From Piedraia hortae CBS 480.64 (lineage: Eukaryota), in NCBI GenBank assembly GCA_010093745.1, contig MU005957.1, positions 434,001 to 498,000 of the forward strand: a stretch of DNA of 64,000 nt, given 5' to 3'. Of this stretch, positions 59,641 to 64,000 are shown piece by piece. The notes under the pieces are model-generated. The model was not told the DNA's origin. It ran no database searches and saw only the letters and a program-made list of their open reading frames with translations. A program made the position numbers and the translations under genes. The stretch's first letter is position 1; each line of letters begins with the position of its first letter.

Positions 59641-59790
59641 CCGATATCGGAGACAGCGAACAGAATGGTTAATTGTGACATGTGACGTAACTTACGGCAA
59701 CCTGCTAAAGACAACCTGTCAGTCATGACGTTGATACCTGTCACGTGGAATGGCGGGGAAACATTGCTAGAAATCCTTGGCCGATATCGG
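59641..59790. promoter_or_regulatory. Two CCGATATCGG palindromes (CCG-N4-CGG, Leu3/LeuB-type sites)
   Basis: Identical sites at 59641-59650 and 59781-59790 upstream of LEU1. Confidence 0.65.
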
Positions 59791-59864
59791 AAGCAAGCAA
59801 CAGCACAGTGTACAATAAAAGGGAACAGAAGCCTTCTGCTTCTTCACCTTAAAGCCCAGACACA

Positions 59865-62189
59865 ATGCCCGGCCCAGTTAGTGGTCCGCGTACGTTGTAC
59901 GAAAAAGTTTTGGACGATCACATTGTGAACCAACAAAAAGATGGCACAATCTTGCTCTATATTGACCGTCATCTGGTCCATGAAGTTACCTCACCACAAG
60001 CGTTTGAGGGCCTCAGGAATGCCCAACGCAGAGTGAGACGTCCAGACTGCACCTTGGTCACCACTGACCACAACATCCCAACCACTCCACGCAAGAACTT
60101 CAAAAGCGTCTCTCAGTTTGTGGAAGAAGAGGATGCCAGGATCCAGTGTGAGACGCTGGAGAAAAATGTGAAAGATTTCAAGCTTACTTACTTTGGCATG
60201 GGAGACAAGAGGCAAGGCATTGTGCACGTCATCGGTCCCGAACAAGGCTTCACTCTGCCGGGTACCACTGTCGTATGTGGTGACTCGCACACCAGCACTC
60301 ATGGAGCATTTGGAGCCTTGGCTTTCGGTATCGGCACGTCCGAAGTCGAGCATGTCCTGGCAACGCAGACATTGATCACCAAGCCAAGCAAGAACATGCG
60401 TGTTCAAGTCGACGGAGAACTTGCGGCAGGTGTCAGCAGCAAAGACATTGTCCTACATGTCATTGGCAAGATCGGCACTGCTGGAGGTACTGGCCACGTG
60501 ATTGAGTTTTGCGGCTCTGCCATCCGTGGACTGAGTATGGAAGCCCGCATGTCGATCTGCAACATGTCCATCGAGGGTGGGGCAAGGGCCGGCATGATTG
60601 CTCCGGATGAGACAACGTTCGAGTATCTCAAGGGCAGACCACTCGCCCCCAAGCCCGACTCACCAGAGTGGCAGAAGGCGGTCAAGTACTGGCAGAGCTT
60701 GAAGAGCGACGACGGGGCCAAGTACGACACTGACATCTTTATCAAAGCCAGCGACATTGCGCCCACAGTCTCCTGGGGCACGAGCCCTCAAGACGTCGTT
60801 CCCATCACCGGTCGAGTGCCGCGCCCAGACGACTTTGAAGACGAGAACAAGAAGTCGGCCTGCCAGAGGAGCTTGGAGTACATGGGGCTACGTGCCGGCA
60901 CCAACATGACTGACATCGAGCTTGACAAAGTTTTCATCGGCTCCTGCACCAATTCACGGATCGAGGACCTGAGAGTGGCTGCCCACATTGTCAAGGGGAA
61001 AAAAGTTGCCCCCAACATCAAGCGAGCCATGATCGTGCCCGGCTCTGGTCTTGTCAAAGCACAGGCAGAATCAGAGGGTCTAGACAAGATCTTCGAGGAG
61101 GCTGGCTTCGAATGGAGAGAGGCTGGCTGTTCCATGTGTTTGGGTATGAATCCAGACATTCTTTCCCCGGGCGAGCGCTGTGCCAGCACGTCCAACCGCA
61201 ATTTCGAGGGGCGGCAAGGCGCTGGTGGGCGGACGCACCTCATGTCACCCGCCATGGCAGCAGCAGCAGCTCTGGCCGGTAAGTTGGCAGACGTTAGAAA
61301 GCTCACCGGTTACGAAGCAGCAATTCCATCCGCGAAAAAGGCCAGTACTGATGTCGCGCCGCCCGCCCACAGGGAAGACCCGGAATCAGATGCTGAGCTG
61401 GATCAGCTCATGGATGATCCAGAAAACAGCCAGGGCAACACGGTGACGACCAAGGCCCCCAGCTCTGGAGGCATGACAAAGTTTACCCAGCTGAAGGGCA
61501 TTGCTGCCCCCCTGGACCGAGCTAACGTCGATACGGACGCCATCATCCCCAAACAATTCCTAAAAACAATTCAGCGAACGGGACTCTCAAAGGGCCTGTT
61601 TTACGCGTGGCGCTTCAATTCCGATGGCAGCCTCCGAGAAGATTTTGTTCTGAACAAGGAGCCCTACACTTGTTCCAAGATGCTCGTTGTCACGGGGCCA
61701 AACTTTGGTTGTGGTTCGTCACGCGAACATGCGCCGTGGGCTCTGCTGGACTTTGGCATAAAATGTATTTTGGCACCATCGTTCGGAGACATTTTCTTCA
61801 ACAATTCGTTCAAGAATGGAATGCTGCCGATTGTCATTGCTGATCAAACCGCGTTGCGCCACCTAGCGCAAGAGGCTAGCGCAGGCAAGGAGCTGGAGGT
61901 TGATCTCGAATCACAGACGGTCAAAGACGCCCAGGGCAAAGTGCTGGCATCGTTCGAGGTGGAGGAGTTCAGAAGGCACTGTCTTCTCAACGGCCTGGAC
62001 GATATCGGTTTGACGATGCAGATGGCTGACAAAATCGCCGATTTCGAGAAGCGTCGGAGCTCCGAAACCCCGTGGCTGGACGGCAGTGGCTACCTGAGTC
62101 GACACCGGACAGGGCCGGTCAAGGTTGAGGCCGCGTCGGTACCGACGACGAACCGGGGTGATGAAAAGCAGGATCCGTTGGAGTGGTAG
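59865..62189 (+). CDS. LEU1: 3-isopropylmalate dehydratase (fused large + small subunit)
   Basis: [68 protein letters not shown]; intronless. Confidence 0.98.
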   Translation: MPGPVSGPRTLYEKVLDDHIVNQQKDGTILLYIDRHLVHEVTSPQAFEGLRNAQRRVRRPDCTLVTTDHNIPTTPRKNFKSVSQFVEEEDARIQCETLEKNVKDFKLTYFGMGDKRQGIVHVIGPEQGFTLPGTTVVCGDSHTSTHGAFGALAFGIGTSEVEHVLATQTLITKPSKNMRVQVDGELAAGVSSKDIVLHVIGKIGTAGGTGHVIEFCGSAIRGLSMEARMSICNMSIEGGARAGMIAPDETTFEYLKGRPLAPKPDSPEWQKAVKYWQSLKSDDGAKYDTDIFIKASDIAPTVSWGTSPQDVVPITGRVPRPDDFEDENKKSACQRSLEYMGLRAGTNMTDIELDKVFIGSCTNSRIEDLRVAAHIVKGKKVAPNIKRAMIVPGSGLVKAQAESEGLDKIFEEAGFEWREAGCSMCLGMNPDILSPGERCASTSNRNFEGRQGAGGRTHLMSPAMAAAAALAGKLADVRKLTGYEAAIPSAKKASTDVAPPAHREDPESDAELDQLMDDPENSQGNTVTTKAPSSGGMTKFTQLKGIAAPLDRANVDTDAIIPKQFLKTIQRTGLSKGLFYAWRFNSDGSLREDFVLNKEPYTCSKMLVVTGPNFGCGSSREHAPWALLDFGIKCILAPSFGDIFFNNSFKNGMLPIVIADQTALRHLAQEASAGKELEVDLESQTVKDAQGKVLASFEVEEFRRHCLLNGLDDIGLTMQMADKIADFEKRRSSETPWLDGSGYLSRHRTGPVKVEAASVPTTNRGDEKQDPLEW

Positions 62190-62548
62190 TTTCGTAAATT
62201 AAAAGTGGAGCTCGTAATGGGACGCCCGACTGTACGGGCCCTGAGTTAAGCCTCAAAAGGACTCCGATTGGCTGTTCAACCTAATTGCGACCCACATAGC
62301 CCCCCCGTTTCATCCACGCGCAGTGACATGTCAAGCGATCGTTCTTTCTAGCTCGGCTGTCTTGCTATTTTTACAGCAGACGTTGACGATGCATGACTCT
62401 GCAATACAGAGACTCAGCTCGTTCGCTCGCGCCGATCGGGCGAGGGGTGCTCGAGCCTATTGTAGCCACCTTGCTCGTAATGCCAGAATCCCTTTCTTAA
62501 GTCCAACGACCTGCAAACGGCCGTCTTCACTCGTTTCCCACACTCGCT

Positions 62549-64000
62549 ATGCGTCTTCCTTCTTTTATTGGCATTTTGGCCTTGGCCGGGGCCACCATTG
62601 CTGCTGACACTCCCCTTTGTCCGACCTTTAATGGGAAAACTTATACCGACTCCAATGGGCAACAGTATAATGTCAAGTGCGGCGTACAGAACAGTGGAAG
62701 GGTACTGGATACCACTTCAGCTACCACTACCCTTGGCCAGTGTGCTGCCCTATGCGATGCCCGTACCGGGTGTGTGGCAGTCCTCTTCCATGCCTTTGTG
62801 AATACTTGTGATTTCCTTTCGTCGGTCGGGACGAACACTACCAACAGCAACTTCAACTTGGCTGTTAAGAAGGTTTCTCCTGTCTCATCAGACTCTCCGA
62901 GCTCAACTGGGTCTCCACAAATTTCTGTAACCTTCACCGAGCGGGTGACGACGGTGTTTGGTGAGAGCGTGAGGCTTGTTGGTTCAGCTACGCAGCTGGG
63001 TAGCTGGGATCCGGCTAATGGACTTGCCATGTCTGCCAATGGCTACACCGACAGCAATCCAATCTGGTCCCTGACGGTCAGCCTACCGGCTGGGCTGACT
63101 TTTCAATACAAATACGTCGTTGTGGGCATTGATGGGACTATTCGGTGGGAAGCAGACCCTAATAGGAGCTTCGTTGTGCCCTTTGCAACCGGTCAATCAT
63201 CAGCAACTTCAACAGCCAACACTTGGCAATCCGTCAGTTCTAGTTCCACCACGTCTTCCCTTACCCTTTCCACCCTAGTTACAAACACAATCAAGGCTAG
63301 CACAACAACATCGGTGGCTTCCACAGCCACATGCACTCATTCTGCCTCACGGAGAGATTGTTGGAGCAAGGGTTTCGATATCAACACAGATTTCGACTCG
63401 AACTGGCCAAAGACGGGTAGGACGGTCTCATACCAGTGGACAATCACCAACACCACTTTGAGCCCTGACGGGATTCAGCGCCCGGCGTTCTTGATCAATA
63501 ACCAGTACCCTGGGCCTAGAATCGAGGCCAACTGGGGCGACACGATCCAGGTTACGGTTAAAAACTCTTTGACAAACAACGGCACGTCGATCCATTGGCA
63601 CGGCCTTCGACAGTATCACAATAACGGCCAGGATGGAGTTCCTGGGGTGACCGAGTGTCCGCTGGCACCTGGCCAGACCAAGACCTACACCTTTGTTGCT
63701 ACGCAGTATGGCACTTCGTGGTACCACTCTCACTTCTCTTGTCAGTACGGAGACGGGGTTCTTGGGCCCATTGTCATTCATGGTCCAGCCACATCCAACT
63801 ACGATATCGACTTGGGCCCGTTACCGCTTACGGATTGGTACAGGCCTACGGTCAATGCATTGGCGGCGAGGGCGGAGCATGCAGATGCGCCGGCCCCGGT
63901 TGCAGACAATGGACTCATCAACGGCACAAATACAAGCCCATCGGGTGGCAAGCGGGCTGTGTCGCGGCTGACCACGGGCAAGCGGCATAGAGTGCGGCTG
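62549..64000 (+). CDS. Secreted multicopper oxidase (laccase-like, AA1) with N-terminal PAN/apple-like and CBM20 modules; 3' end outside window
   Basis: Open frame translated by hand from ATG 62549: signal MRLPSFIGILALAGATIA; Cys-rich module; CBM20 (VTFTERVTTVFGESVRLVGSATQLGSWDP...FQYKY...WEADPNR); NNQYPGPRIEANWGD, TSIHWHG, DGVPGVTECP, GTSWYHSH. Confidence 0.9.
   Translation, partial: MRLPSFIGILALAGATIAADTPLCPTFNGKTYTDSNGQQYNVKCGVQNSGRVLDTTSATTTLGQCAALCDARTGCVAVLFHAFVNTCDFLSSVGTNTTNSNFNLAVKKVSPVSSDSPSSTGSPQISVTFTERVTTVFGESVRLVGSATQLGSWDPANGLAMSANGYTDSNPIWSLTVSLPAGLTFQYKYVVVGIDGTIRWEADPNRSFVVPFATGQSSATSTANTWQSVSSSSTTSSLTLSTLVTNTIKASTTTSVASTATCTHSASRRDCWSKGFDINTDFDSNWPKTGRTVSYQWTITNTTLSPDGIQRPAFLINNQYPGPRIEANWGDTIQVTVKNSLTNNGTSIHWHGLRQYHNNGQDGVPGVTECPLAPGQTKTYTFVATQYGTSWYHSHFSCQYGDGVLGPIVIHGPATSNYDIDLGPLPLTDWYRPTVNALAARAEHADAPAPVADNGLINGTNTSPSGGKRAVSRLTTGKRHRVRL

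Noticed and set aside
31481..62189. A leucine super-cluster (HMG-CoA lyase + LAP1 + LEU1)
   Set aside because: The lyase is about 26 kb away with many unrelated housekeeping genes between
1..64000. tRNA, rRNA, CRISPR arrays, transposase or reverse transcriptase genes
   Set aside because: GGTTCGA hits lack cloverleaf context, no repeat-spacer periodicity or TE domains were seen, and the retropepsin-like motif belongs to Ddi1

Overview
Gene-dense, intron-poor region of a filamentous ascomycete (Pezizomycotina, probably Dothideomycete-like; taxon inferred from protein style only). It holds about 33 protein-coding genes, mostly conserved housekeeping (BRO1, MDJ1, ARV1, VMA9, CUZ1, RRN11, AFG1, NOG1, DDI1, SUN protein, PIM1, ADA2, YPK1, AIM41, ORC4, LAP1, LEU1), with short GT-AG introns placed by eye. 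No tRNA, rRNA, CRISPR or intact transposon was recognised. Most notable: (1) a non-coding stretch at about 29.3-30.1 kb packed with strand-specific hairpins, a candidate large structured ncRNA (telomerase RNA is one hypothesis); (2) a secreted multicopper oxidase with N-terminal PAN/apple-like and CBM20 starch-binding modules, missed by the ORF track and running off the window end; (3) twin CCG-N4-CGG (Leu3/LeuB-type) palindromes in the divergent LAP1/LEU1 promoter; (4) a very tightly packed co-oriented TF-MFS-HMG-CoA lyase-Fe-ADH run; (5) a DDI1 whose ATG is split by an intron and which lacks a UBA domain. All calls come from motif recognition, not database searches.
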